A stretch of 64,000 nucleotides of DNA, taken from positions 28,830,001 through 28,894,000 of the forward strand of contig OZ024740.1 in NCBI GenBank assembly GCA_964016885.1, given 5' to 3'. The position numbers and the translations under genes were made by a program. Source of the stretch: Eledone cirrhosa (lineage: Eukaryota). Position 1 is the stretch's first letter; each line of letters starts with the position of its first letter. Below the pieces are notes generated by a model. That model made no database searches. It saw only the letters and a list, made by a program, of their open reading frames with translations, and was not told the DNA's origin. Of the stretch, positions 23,601 through 38,600 are shown piece by piece.

Positions 23601-26600
23601 CAGCAGTAACAGCAGCAGTAACAACAACAGTAACAGCAGCAGTAACAACAACAGTAAAACAACAGTAACAGCAGCAGTAACAACAACAGTAACAACAAGA
23701 GTAACAACAAGAGTAACAACAACATTAACAGCAGCAGTAACAACAACAGTAACAGCAACAGTAACAAAACAGTAACAACAACAGTAACAACTACTGAAAC
23801 GACGACAGTAACAACAGCAGTAACAACAAGAGTGACTGCTGCAGTAACAACAACAGTAACAACAACAGCAGTAACAAAAACAACAACAACAACAGTAAGA
23901 ACAACAACAGCAGTAACAACAACAACAAGAGCAGTAACAACAACAACAACAGTAACAACAACAACAACAAAAACAGCAGAAACAACAACAGCAGCAGTAA
24001 CAACAACAGTAACGGCAGCAGTAACAACAACAGTAACGGCAGCCGAAACAGCAGCAGTAACATCAACAGTAACAACAGCAGTAACAACAACAGTAACAAC
24101 AGTAACAGCAGCAGTAACAGCAGCAGTAACAACAACAGTAAAAACAACAGTAACAACAACAGTAACATCAACAGTAACAACAGCAGTAACAATAACAGTA
24201 ACAACAACAGTAATAACAACAGTAACAGCGGCAGTAACAAAAACAGTAACAACAACAGTAACATCAGCAGTATCAACAACAGTAACAACAACAGTGACAA
24301 CAACACTAACAACAACAGGAACAACAACTGTAACAACAACAGCAGTAACAACAACAGTAACAACCACAGAAAAAACAACTGTAACAACAACAGTAACAGC
24401 AGCAGTAACAAAAACAGTAACAGCAGCAGTAACAAATACAGTAACAGCAGCAGTAACAGCAACAGTAACAGCAGCAGTAACAACAACAGTAACAACAACA
24501 GTAACAGAAGCAGTAACAACAAACATAACAGCAACAGTAACAACAACAGTAACAACAACAATAACAACAACCGTAACAACAGCAGTAACAGCAGCAGTAA
24601 CAACAACAGTAACAGCAGCAGTAACAACAACAGTAACAAACCAGTAACAACAGCAGTAACAACAGCAATAAAAACAGTAGTAACAGCAGCAGTAACAAAT
24701 ACAGTAACAGCAGCAGTAACAGCAACAGTACCAACAGCAGTAACAACAACAGTAACAACAACAGTAACAGAAGCAGTAACAGCAGCAGTAACAACAACAG
24801 TGACAACACAGTAACAGCAGCAGTAACAGCAGCAGTACCAACAAACATAACACCAACAGTAACAACAACAGTAACAACAACAGTAACAACAACAGTAACA
24901 GCAGCAGTAACGGCAGCAGTAACACCAACAGTAACAGCCACAGTAACAACACGAGTAACAGCATCAGTAACAGCAGCAGTAACAACAACAGTAACAGTAG
25001 CAGTAACAACAACAGTAACAACAACAGTAATAGCAGCAGTAACAACAACAGTAACAGCAGCAGTAACAACAACAGTAACAACAACAGTAACAGCAGCAGT
25101 AACGGCAGCAGTAACAACAACAGTAACAGCAGCAGTAACGGCAGCAGTAACAACAACAGTAACAACAACAGTAACAGCAGCAGTAACAACAACAGTAACA
25201 GCAGCAGTAACAACAACAGATACAACAACAGTAACAGCAGCAGTAACAATAACAGTAACAACAACAGTAACTGCAGCAGTAACGGCAGCAGTAACAACAA
25301 TAGTAACAACAACACTAAAAGCAAAAGTAACAACAACAGTAACAGCAGCAGTAACAACAACAGTAACAACAACAGTAACAGCAGAAGTAACAACACCAGT
25401 AACAACAACAGTAACACCAACAGTAACAACAACAGTAACAACAGCAGTAACAACACCAGTAACACCAGCAGTATCAACAACAGTAACAACAACAGTAACA
25501 ACAACAGTAACAACAACTGTAACAGCAACAGTAACAACAACAGTAACAACAACTGTAACAACAGCAGTAGCAGGAGCAGTAACAACACCAGTAACAAGAA
25601 CAGTAACAACAGTAACAACAACAGTAACAACAGCAGTAACAACAACAGTAACAGCAGCAGTAACAACAACAGTAACAGCAGCAGTAACAACAACAGTAAC
25701 AACAACAGTAACAACAACAGTAACAACAACAGTAACACCAGAAGTAACAACATTGGTAACAGCAGCAGTAACAGCAACAGTAACAACAATAGTAGCAGCA
25801 GCAGTAACAACATCAGTAACAGCAGCAGTAACAACTGTAAAAGGAGCAGTATCAACAACAGTAACAATAACAGTAACAAAAATAGTAACAACAACAGTAA
25901 CAACAACAGTAACAACAACAGTAACAGTAGCAGTAACAACAAGAGTAACAACAAAACTAACAGCAGCAGAAACACCAGCAGTAACAAGAAACTTAACAGC
26001 AACAGTAACAACAACAGTAACAACAGCAGTAACAACAACGGTAACAACAAAAGTAACAACAACAGTAACAGCAGCAGTAACAACAACAGTAACAACAACA
26101 GTAACAACAGCAGTAACAACAGCAGTAACATCAGAAGTAACAACGACAGTAACAAGAGCAATAACAAAAACAGTAACAACAACAGTAACAGCAGTAGTAA
26201 CCACAGCAGTAACACCAGAAGTAACAGCAGCAGTAACAGCAGCAGTAACAACAACAGTAACAACAACTGTAACAACAGCAGTAACACCAGAAGTAACAGC
26301 AGTAGTAACAGCAGCAGTAACAACAACAGTAACAACAACAGTAACAGCAGCAGTAACAACAGCAGCAAGACCAGAAATAACAGCAGCAGTAACAGCAGCA
26401 GTAGCAACAACAGTAACAACATCAGTAACAACAGCAGTAACAACAACAGTAACAACAACAGTAACAACAGCAGTAACAGCAGAAGTAACAACAGTAGTAA
26501 CAGCAGCAGTAACCACAACAGTAACAACAACAGTAACAACAACAGCAACAGCCGCAGTAACAACAACACTAACATCAGCAGTAACATTAGCAGCAACAAC

Positions 26601-29600
26601 AACAGTAACAACAACAGTAACATCAAAAGTAACAGCAGCTGTCACAACAACAGTAACAAGAACAGTAACAACAACAGTAACAACACCAGTAACAAGAACA
26701 GTAACAACAGTAACAACAACAGTAACAACAGCAGTAAAAGCAACAGTAACAACAACAGTAATAGCAGCAGTAACGGCAGCAGTAACAACAACAGTAACAA
26801 CAACAGTAAAAGCAACAGTAACAACAACAGTAAGAGCAGCAGTAACAACAACAGTAACAACAACAGTAACAGAAGCAGTAACGGCAGCAGTAACAAAACA
26901 GTAACAGCAGCAGTAACAGCAGCAGTAACAACAACAGTAACAACAACAGTAAAAGCAACAGTAACAACAACAGTAACAGAAGCAGTAACAACAACAGTAA
27001 CAGCAGCAGTAAAAACAACAGTAACTGCAGCAGTAACGGCAGCAGTAACAACAGTAACAACAACACTAAAAGCAACAGTAACAACAACAGTAACAGCAGA
27101 AGTAACAACACCAGTAACAACAACAGTTACAGCAGCAGTAACAACAACAATAACAACAACAGTAACACCAACAGTAACAACAACAGTAACAACAGCAGTA
27201 ACAACAACAGTAACAGCAGCCGTATCAACAACAGTAACAACAACAGTAACAACAACAGTAACAACAACTGTAACAGCAACAGTAACAACAACAGTAACAA
27301 CAACAGTAACAACAACAGTAGCAGGAGCAGTAACAACACCAGTAACAAGAACAGTAACAACAGTAACAACAACAGTAACAACAGCAGTAACAACAACAGT
27401 AACAGCAGCAGTAACAACAACAGTAACAGCGGCAGTAACAACAACAGTAACAACAACAGTAACAACAACAGTAACTACAACAGTAACAACAACAGTAACA
27501 CCAGAAGTAACAACATTGGTAACAGCAGCAGTAACAGCAACAGTAACAACAATAGTAGCAGCAGCAGTAACAACATCAGTAACAGCAGCAGTAACAACTG
27601 TAAAAGGAGCACTATCAACAACAGTAACAACAACAGTAACAAAAATAGTAACAACAACAGTAACAACAACAGTAACAACAACAGTAACAGTAGCAGTAAC
27701 AACAACAGTAACAACAACACTAACAGCAGCAGAAACACCAGCAGTAACAACAAACTTAACAGCAATAGTAACAACAACAGTAACAACAGCAGTAACAACA
27801 ACGGTAACAACAAAAGTAACAACAACAGTAACAGCAGCAGTAACAACAACAGTAACAACAACAGTAACAACAGCAGTAACAACAGCAGTAACATCAGAAG
27901 TAACAACAACAGTAACAAGAGCAATAACAAAAACAGTGACAACAACAGTAACAACAACAGTAACAACAACAGTAAAAACAGCAGTAACCACATCAGTAAC
28001 ACCAGAAGTAACAGCAGCAGTAACAGCAGCAGTAACAACAACAGTAACAACAACTGTAACAACAGCAGTAACACCAGAAGTAACAGCAGTAGTAACAGCA
28101 GCAGTAACAACAACAGTAACAACAACAGTAACAGCAGCAGTAACAACAGCAGCAAGACCAGAAATAACAGCAGCAGTAACAGCAGCAGTAACAACAACAG
28201 TAACAACAACAGTAACAACAGCAGTAACAACAACAGTAACAACAACAGTAACAACAGCAGTAACAGCAGAAGTAACAACACTAGTAACAGCAGCAGTAAC
28301 CACAACAGTAACAACAACAGTAACAACAACAGCAACAGCAGCAGTAACAACAACACTAACATCAGCAGTAACATTAGCAGCAACAACAACAGTAACAACA
28401 GTAACAACAAACGTAACAGCAGCTGTCACAACAACAGTAACAACAACAATTACAACAACAGTAACAACACCAGTAACAAGAACAGTAACAACAGTAACAA
28501 CAACAGTAACAACAGCAGTAACAACAACAGCAACAACAACAGTAACAACAACAGCAACAACAACAGTAACAACAACAGTAACAGCAGTAGTAACAACAAC
28601 AGTAATAGTAGCAGTAACAGCAGCAATAACAGCAGCAGTAACATCAGCAGTAACAACAACAGTAACAACAAAAGTAACACCAACAGTAACAACAACAATA
28701 ACAACAACAGTAACAACAGCAGTAACAGCAGCAGTGTCATCAACAGTAACAACATCAGTAACAACAAGAGTAACAACAACTGTAACAACAACAGTAACAA
28801 CAACAGTAACAACAACAGTAACAGTAGCAGTAACAACAAGAGTAACAACAAAACTAACAGCAGCAGAAACACCAGCAGTAACAACAAACTTAACAGCAAC
28901 AGTAACAACAACAGTAACAACAGCAGTAACAACAACGGTAACAACAAAAGTAACAACAACAGTAACAGCAGCAGTAACAACAACAGTAACAACAACAGTA
29001 ACAACAGCAGTAACAACAGCAGTAACATCAGAAGTAACAACGACAGTAACAAGAGCAATAACAAAAACAGTAACAACAACAGTAACAGCAGTAGTAACCA
29101 CAGCAGTAACACCAGAAGTAACAGCAGCAGTAACAGCAGCAGTAACAACAACAGTAACAACAACTGTAACAACAGCAGTAACACCAGAAGTAACAGCAGT
29201 AGTAACAGCAGCAGTAACAACAACAGTAACAACAACAGTAACAGCAGCAGTAACAACAGCAGCAAGACCAGAAATAACAGCAGCAGTAACAGCAGCAGTA
29301 CCAACAACAGTAACAACAACAGTAACAACAGCAGTAACAACAACAGTAACAACAACAGTAACAACAGCAGTAACAGCAGAAGTAACAACAGTAGTAACAG
29401 CAGCAGTAACCACAACAGTAACAACAACAGTAACAACAACAGCAACAGCCGCAGTAACAACAACACTAACATCAGCAGTAACATTAGCAACAACAACAAC
29501 AGTAACAACAACAGTAACATCAAAAGTAACAGCAGCTGTCACAACAACAGTAACAACAACAGTAACAACAACAGTAACAACACCAGTAACAAGAACAGTA

Positions 29601-32600
29601 ACAACAGTAACAACAACAGTAACAACAGCAGTAAAAGCAACAGTAACAACAACAGTAATAGCAGCAGTAACGGCAGCAGTAACAACAACAGTAACAACAA
29701 CAGTAAAAGCAACAGTAACAACAACAGTAAGAGCAGCAGTAACAACAACAGTAACAACAACAGTAACAGAAGCAGTAACGGCAGCAGTAACAAAACAGTA
29801 ACAGCAGCAGTAACAACAACAGTAACAACAACAGTAAAAGCAACAGTAACAACAACAGTAACAGAAGCAGTAACAACAACAGTAACAGCAGCAGTAAAAA
29901 CAACAGTAACTGCAGCAGTAACGCAGCAGTAACAACAGTAACAACAACACTAAAAGCAACAGTAACAACAACAGTAACAGCAGAAGTAACAACACCAGTA
30001 ACAACAACAGTTACAGCAGCAGTAACAACAACAATAACAACAACAGTAACACCAACAGTAACAACAACAGTAACAACAGCAGTAACAACAACAGTAACAG
30101 CAGCCGTATCAACAACAGTAACAACAACAGTAACAACAACAGTAACAACAACTGTAACAGCAACAGTAACAACAACAGTAACAACAACAGTAACAACAAC
30201 AGTAGCAGGAGCAGTAACAACACCAGTAACAAGAACAGTAACAACAGTAACAACAACAGTAACAACAGCAGTAACAACAACAGTAACAGCAGCAGTAACA
30301 ACAACAGTAACAGCGGCAGTAACAACAACAGTAACAACAACAGTAACAACAACAGTAACTACAACAGTAACAACAACAGTAACACCAGAAGTAACAACAT
30401 AGGTAACAGCAGCAGTAACAGCAACAGTAACAACAATAGTAGCAGCAGCAGTAACAACATCAGTAACAGCAGCAGTAACAACTGTAAAAGGAGCACTATC
30501 AACAACAGTAACAACAACAGTAACAAAAATAGTAACAACAACAGTAACAACAACAGTAACAACAACAGTAACAGTAGCAGTAACAACAACAGTAACAACA
30601 ACACTAACAGCAGCAGAAACACCAGCAGTAACAACAAACTTAACAGCAATAGTAACAACAACAGTAACAACAGCAGTAACAACAACGGTAACAACAAAAG
30701 TAACAACAACAGTAACAGCAGCAGTAACAACAACAGTAACAACAACAGTAACAACAGCAGTAACAACAGCAGTAACATCAGAAGTAACAACAACAGTAAC
30801 AAGAGCAATAACAAAAACAGTGACAACAACAGTAACAACAACAGTAACAACAACAGTAACAACAGCAGTAACCACATCAGTAACACCAGAAGTAACAGCA
30901 GCAGTAACAGCAGCAGTAACAACAACAGTAACAACAACTGTAACAACAGCAGTAACACCAGAAGTAACAGCAGTAGTAACAGCAGCAGTAACAACAACAG
31001 TAACAACAACAGTAACAGCAGCAGTAACAACAGCAGCAAGACCAGAAATAACAGCAGCAGTAACAGCAGCAGTAACAACAACAGTAACAACAACAGTAAC
31101 AACAGCAGTAACAACAACAGTAACAACAACAGTAACAACAGCAGTAACAGCAGAAGTAACAACACTAGTAACAGCAGCAGTAACCACAACAGTAACAACA
31201 ACAGTAACAACAACAGCAACATCAGCAGTAACAACAACACTAACATCAGCAGTAACATTAGCAGCAACAACAACAGTAACAACAGTAACAACAAACGTAA
31301 CAGCAGCTGTCACAACAACAGTAACAACAACAATTACAACAACAGTAACAACACCAGTAACAAGAACAGTAACAACAGTAACAACAACAGTAACAACAGC
31401 AGTAACAACAACAGCAACAACAACAGTTACAACAACAGCAACAACAACAGTAACAACAACAGTAACAGCAGTAGTAACAACAACAGTAATAGTAGCAGTA
31501 ACAGCAGCAATAACAGCAGCAGTAACATCAGCAGTAACAACAACAGTAACAACAAAAGTAACACCAACAGTAACAACAACAATAACAACAACAGTAACAA
31601 CAGCAGTAACAGCAGCAGTGTCATCAACAGTAACAACATCAGTAACAACAAGAGTAACAACAACTGTAACAGCAACAGTAACAACAACAGTAACAACAAC
31701 TGTAACAACAGCAGTAGCAGCAGCAGTAACAACACCAGTAACAAGAACAGTAACAACAGTAACAACAACAGTAACAACAGCAGTAACAACAACAGTAACA
31801 GCAGCAGTAACAACAACAGTAACAGCAGCAGTAACAACAACAGTAACAACAACAGTAACAACAACAGTAACAACAACAGTAACACCAGAAGTAACAACAT
31901 TGGTAACAGCAGCAGTAACAGCAACAGTAACAACAATACTAGCAGCAGCAGTAACAACATCAGTAACAGCAGCAGTAACAACTGTAAAAGGAGCAGTATC
32001 AACAACAGTAACAATAACAGTAACAAAAATAGTAACAACAACAGTAACAACAACAGTAACAACAACAGTAACAGTAGCAGTAACAACAAGAGTAACAACA
32101 AAACTAACAGCAGCAGAAACACCAGCAGTAACAACAAACTTAACAGCAACAGTAACAACAACAGTAACAACAGCAGTAACAACAACGGTAACAACAAAAG
32201 TAACAACAACAGTAACAGCAGCAGTAACAACAACAGTAACAACAACAGTAACAACAGCAGTAACAACAGCAGTAACATCAGAAGTAACAACGACAGTAAC
32301 AAGAGCAATAACAAAAACAGTAACAACAACTGTAACAGCAGTAGTAACCACAGCAGTAACACCAGAAGTAACAGCAGCAGTAACAGCAGCAGTAACAACA
32401 ACAGTAACAACAACTGTAACAACAGCAGTAACACCAGAAGTAACAGCAGTAGTAACAGCAGCAGTAACAACAACAGTAACAACAACAGTAACAGCAGCAG
32501 TAACAACAGCAGCAAGACCAGAAATAACAGCAGCAGTAACAGCAGCAGTACCAACAACAGTAACAACAACTGTAACAACAGCAGTAACACCAGAAGTAAC

Positions 32601-35600
32601 AGCAGTAGTAACAGCAGCAGTAACAACAACAGTAACAACAACAGTAACAGCAGCAGTAACAACAGCAGCAAGACCAGAAATAACAGCAGCAGTAACAGCA
32701 GCAGTACCAACAACAGTAACAACAACAGTAACAACAGCAGTAACAGCAGAAGTAACAACAGTAGTAACAGCAGCAGTAACCACAACAGTAACAACAACAG
32801 TAACAACAACAGCAACAGCCGCAGTAACAACAACACTAACATCAGCAGTAACATTAGCAGCAACAACAACAGTAACAACAACAGTAACATCAAAAGTAAC
32901 AGCAGCTGTCACAACAACAGTAACAAGAACAGTAACAACACCAGTAACAAGAACAGTAACAACAGTAACAACAGTAACAACAACAGTAACAACAGCAGTA
33001 AAAGCAACAGTAACAACAACAGTAATAGCAGCAGTAACGGCAGCAGTAACAACAACAGTAACAACAACAGTAAAAGCAACAGTAACAACAACAGTAACAG
33101 CAGCAGTAACAACAACAGTAACAACAACAGTAACAGAAGCAGTAACGGCAGCAGTAACAAAACAGTAACAGCAGCAGTAACAGCAGCAGTAACAACAACA
33201 GTAACAACAACAGTAAAAGCAACAGTAACAACAACAGTAACAGAAGCAGTAACAACAACAGTAACAGCAGCAGTAACAACAACAGTAACAGTAGCAGTAA
33301 CAACAACAGTAACAACAACAGTAATAGCAGCAGTAACAACAACAGTAACAGCAGCAGTAACAACAACAGTAACAACAACAGTAACAGCAGCAGTAACGGC
33401 AGCAGTAACAACAACAGTAACAGCAGCAGTAACGGCAGCAGTAACAACAACAGTAACAACAACAGTAACAGCAGCAGTAACAACAACAGTAACAGCAGCA
33501 GTAACAACAACAGATACAACAACAGTAACAGCAGCAGTAACAATAACAGTAACAACAACAGTAACTGCAGCAGTAACGGCAGCAGTAACAACAATAGTAA
33601 CAACAACACTAAAAGCAAAAGTAACAACAACAGTAACAGCAGCAGTAACAACAACAGTAACAACAACAGTAACAGCAGAAGTAACAACACCAGTAACAAC
33701 AACAGTAACACCAACAGTAACAACAACAGTAACAACAGCAGTAACAACACCAGTAACACCAGCAGTATCAACAACAGTAACAACAACAGTAACAACAACA
33801 GTAACAACAACTGTAACAGCAACAGTAACAAGAACAGTAACAACAACTGTAACAACAGCAGTAGCAGGAGCAGTAACAACACCAGTAACAAGAACAGTAA
33901 CAACAGTAACAACAACAGTAACAACAGCAGTAACAACAACAGTAACAGCAGCAGTAACAACAACAGTAACAGCAGCAGTAACAACAGCAGTAACATCAGA
34001 AGTAACAACGACAGTAACAAGAGCAATAACAAAAACAGTAACAACAACTGTAACAGCAGTAGTAACCACAGCAGTAACACCAGAAGTAACAGCAGCAGTA
34101 ACAGCAGCAGTAACAACAACAGTAACAACAACTGTAACAACAGCAGTAACACCAGAAGTAACAGCAGTAGTAACAGCAGCAGTAACAACAACAGTAACAA
34201 CAACAGTAACAGCAGCAGTAACAACAGCAGCAAGACCAGAAATAACAGCAGCAGTAACAGCAGCAGTACCAACAACAGTAACAACAACTGTAACAACAGC
34301 AGTAACACCAGAAGTAACAGCAGTAGTAACAGCAGCAGTAACAACAACAGTAACAACAACAGTAACAGCAGCAGTAACAACAGCAGCAAGACCAGAAATA
34401 ACAGCAGCAGTAACAGCAGCAGTACCAACAACAGTAACAACAACAGTAACAACAGCAGTAACAGCAGAAGTAACAACAGTAGTAACAGCAGCAGTAACCA
34501 CAACAGTAACAACAACAGTAACAACAACAGCAACAGCCGCAGTAACAACAACACTAACATCAGCAGTAACATTAGCAGCAACAACAACAGTAACAACAAC
34601 AGTAACATCAAAAGTAACAGCAGCTGTCACAACAACAGTAACAAGAACAGTAACAACAACAGTAACAACACCAGTAACAAGAACAGTAACAACAGTAACA
34701 ACAACAGTAACAACAGCAGTAAAAGCAACAGTAACAACAACAGTAATAGCAGCAGTAACGGCAGCAGTAACAACAACAGTAACAACAACAGTAAAAGCAA
34801 CAGTAACAACAACAGTAACAGCAGCAGTAACAACAACAGTAACAACAACAGGAACAGAAGCAGTAACGGCAGCAGTAACAAAACAGTAACAGCAGCAGTA
34901 ACAGCAGCAGTAACAACAACAGTAACAACAACAGTAAAAGCAACAGTAACAACAACAGTAACAGAAGCAGTAACAACAACAGTAACAGCAGCAGTAACAA
35001 CAACAGTAACAGTAGCAGTAACAACAACAGTAACAACAACAGTAATAGCAGCAGTAACAACAACAGTAACAGCAGCAGTAACAACAACAGTAACAACAAC
35101 AGTAACAGCAGCAGTAACGGCAGCAGTAACAACAACAGTAACAGCAGCAGTAACGGCAGCAGTAACAACAACAGTAACAACAACAGTAACAGCAGCAGTA
35201 ACAACAACAGTAACAGCAGCAGTAACAACAACAGATACAACAACAGTAACAGCAGCAGTAACAATAACAGTAACAACAACAGTAACTGCAGCAGTAACGG
35301 CAGCAGTAACAACAATAGTAACAACAACACTAAAAGCAAAAGTAACAACAACAGTAACAGCAGCAGTAACAACAACAGTAACAACAACAGTAACAGCAGA
35401 AGTAACAACACCAGTAACAACAACAGTAACACCAACAGTAACAACAACAGTAACAACAGCAGTAACAACACCAGTAACACCAGCAGTATCAACAACAGTA
35501 ACAACAACAGTAACAACAACAGTAACAACAACTGTAACAGCAACAGTAACAACAACAGTAACAACAACTGTAACAACAGCAGTAGCAGGAGCAGTAACAA

Positions 35601-38600
35601 CACCAGTAACAAGAACAGTAACAACAGTAACAACAACAGTAACAACAGCAGTAACAACAACAGTAACAGCAGCAGTAACAACAACAGTAACAGCAGCAGT
35701 AACAACAACAGTAACAACAACAGTAACAACAACAGTAACAACAACAGTAACACCAGAAGTAACAACATTGGTAACAGCAGCAGTAACAGCAACAGTAACA
35801 ACAATAGTAGCAGCAGCAGTAACAACATCAGTAACAGCAGCAGTAACAACTGTAAAAGGAGCAGTATCAACAACAGTAACAATAACAGTAACAAAAATAG
35901 TAACAACAACAGTAACAACAACAGTAACAACAACAGTAACAGCAGCAGTAACAACAACAGTAACAGCAGCAGTAACAACAACAGATACAACAACAGTAAC
36001 AGCAGCAGTAACAATAACAGTAACAACAACAGTAACTGCAGCAGTAACGGCAGCAGTAACAACAATAGTAACAACAACACTAAAAGCAAAAGTAACAACA
36101 ACAGTAACAGCAGCAGTAACAACAACAGTAACAACAACAGTAACAGCAGAAGTAACAACACCAGTAACAACAACAGTAACACCAACAGTAACAACAACAG
36201 TAACAACAGCAGTAACAACACCAGTAACACCAGCAGTATCAACAACAGTAACAACAACAGTAACAACAACAGTAACAACAACTGTAACAGCAACAGTAAC
36301 AACAACAGTAACAACAACTGTAACAACAGCAGTAGCAGGAGCAGTAACAACACCAGTAACAAGAACAGTAACAACAGTAACAACAACAGTAACAACAGCA
36401 GTAACAACAACAGTAACAGCAGCAGTAACAACAACAGTAACAGCAGCAGTAACAACAACAGTAACAACAACAGTAACAACAACAGTAACAACAACAGTAA
36501 CACCAGAAGTAACAACATTGGTAACAGCAGCAGTAACAGCAACAGTAACAACAATAGTAGCAGCAGCAGTAACAACATCAGTAACAGCAGCAGTAACAAC
36601 TGTAAAAGGAGCAGTATCAACAACAGTAACAATAACAGTAACAAAAATAGTAACAACAACAGTAACAACAACAGTAACAACAACAGTAACAGTAGCAGTA
36701 ACAACAAGAGTAACAACAAAACTAACAGCAGCAGAAACACCAGCTGTAACAACAAACTTAACAGCAACAGTAACAACAACAGTAACAACAGCAGTAACAA
36801 CAACGGTAACAACAAAAGTAACAACAACAGTAACAGCAGCAGTAACAACAACAGTAACAACAACAGTAACAACAGCAGTAACAACAGCAGTAACATCAGA
36901 AGTAACAACGACAGTAACAAGAGCAATAACAAAAACAGTAACAACAACAGTAACAGCAGTAGTAACCACAGCAGTAACACCAGAAGTAACAGCAGCAGTA
37001 ACAGCAGCAGTAACAACAACAGTAACAACAACTGTAACAACAGCAGTAACACCAGAAGTAACAGCAGTAGTAACAGCAGCAGTAACAACAACAGTAACAA
37101 CAACAGTAACAGCAGCAGTAACAACAGCAGCAAGACCAGAAATAACAGCAGCAGTAACAGCAGCAGTACCAACAACAGTAACAACAACAGTAACAACAGC
37201 AGTAACAACAACAGTAACAACAACAGTAACAACAGCAGTAACAGCAGAAGTAACAACAGTAGTAACAGCAGCAGTAACCACAACAGTAACAACAACAGTA
37301 ACAACAACAGCAACAGCCGCAGTAACAACAACACTAACATCAGCAGTAACATTAGCAGCAACAACAACAGTAACAACAACAGTAACATCAAAAGTAACAG
37401 CAGCTGTCACAACAACAGTAACAAGAACAGTAACAACAACAGTAACAACACCAGTAACAAGAACAGTAACAACAGTAACAACAACAGTAACAACAGCAGT
37501 AAAAGCAACAGTAACAACAACAGTAATAGCAGCAGTAACGGCAGCAGTAACAACAACAGTAACAACAACAGTAAAAGCAACAGTAACAACAACAGTAAGA
37601 GCAGCAGTAACAACAACAGTAACAACAACAGTAACAACAACAGTAACTACAACAGTAACAACAACAGTAACACCAGAAGTAACAACATTGGTAACAGCAG
37701 CAGTAACAGCAACAGTAACAACAATAGTAGCAGCAGCAGTAACAACATCAGTAACAGCAGCAGTAACAACTGTAAAAGGAGCACTATCAACAACAGTAAC
37801 AACAACAGTAACAAAAATAGTAACAACAACAGTAACAACAACAGTAACAACAACAGTAACAGTAGCAGTAACAACAACAGTAACAACAACACTAACAGCA
37901 GCAGAAACACCAGCAGTAACAACAAACTTAACAGCAATAGTAACAACAACAGTAACAACAGCAGTAACAACAACGGTAACAACAAAAGTAACAACAACAG
38001 TAACAGCAGCAGTAACAACAACAGTAACAACAACAGTAACAACAGCAGTAACAACAGCAGTAACATCAGAAGTAACAACAACAGTAACAAGAGCAATAAC
38101 AAAAACAGTGACAACAACAGTAACAACAACAGTAACAACAACAGTAACAACAGCAGTAACCACATCAGTAACACCAGAAGTAACAGCAGCAGTAACAGCA
38201 GCAGTAACAACAACAGTAACAACAACTGTAACAACAGCAGTAACACCAGAAGTAACAGCAGTAGTAACAGCAGCAGTAACAACAACAGTAACAACAACAG
38301 TAACAGCAGCAGTAACAACAGCAGCAAGACCAGAAATAACAGCAGCAGTAACAGCAGCAGTAACAACAACAGTAACAACAACAGTAACAACAGCAGTAAC
38401 AACAACAGTAACAACAACAGTAACAACAGCAGTAACAGCAGAAGTAACAACACTAGTAACAGCAGCAGTAACCACAACAGTAACAACAACAGTAACAACA
38501 ACAGCAACAGCAGCAGTAACAACAACACTAACATCAGCAGTAACATTAGCAGCAACAACAACAGTAACAACAGTAACAACAAACGTAACAGCAGCTGTCA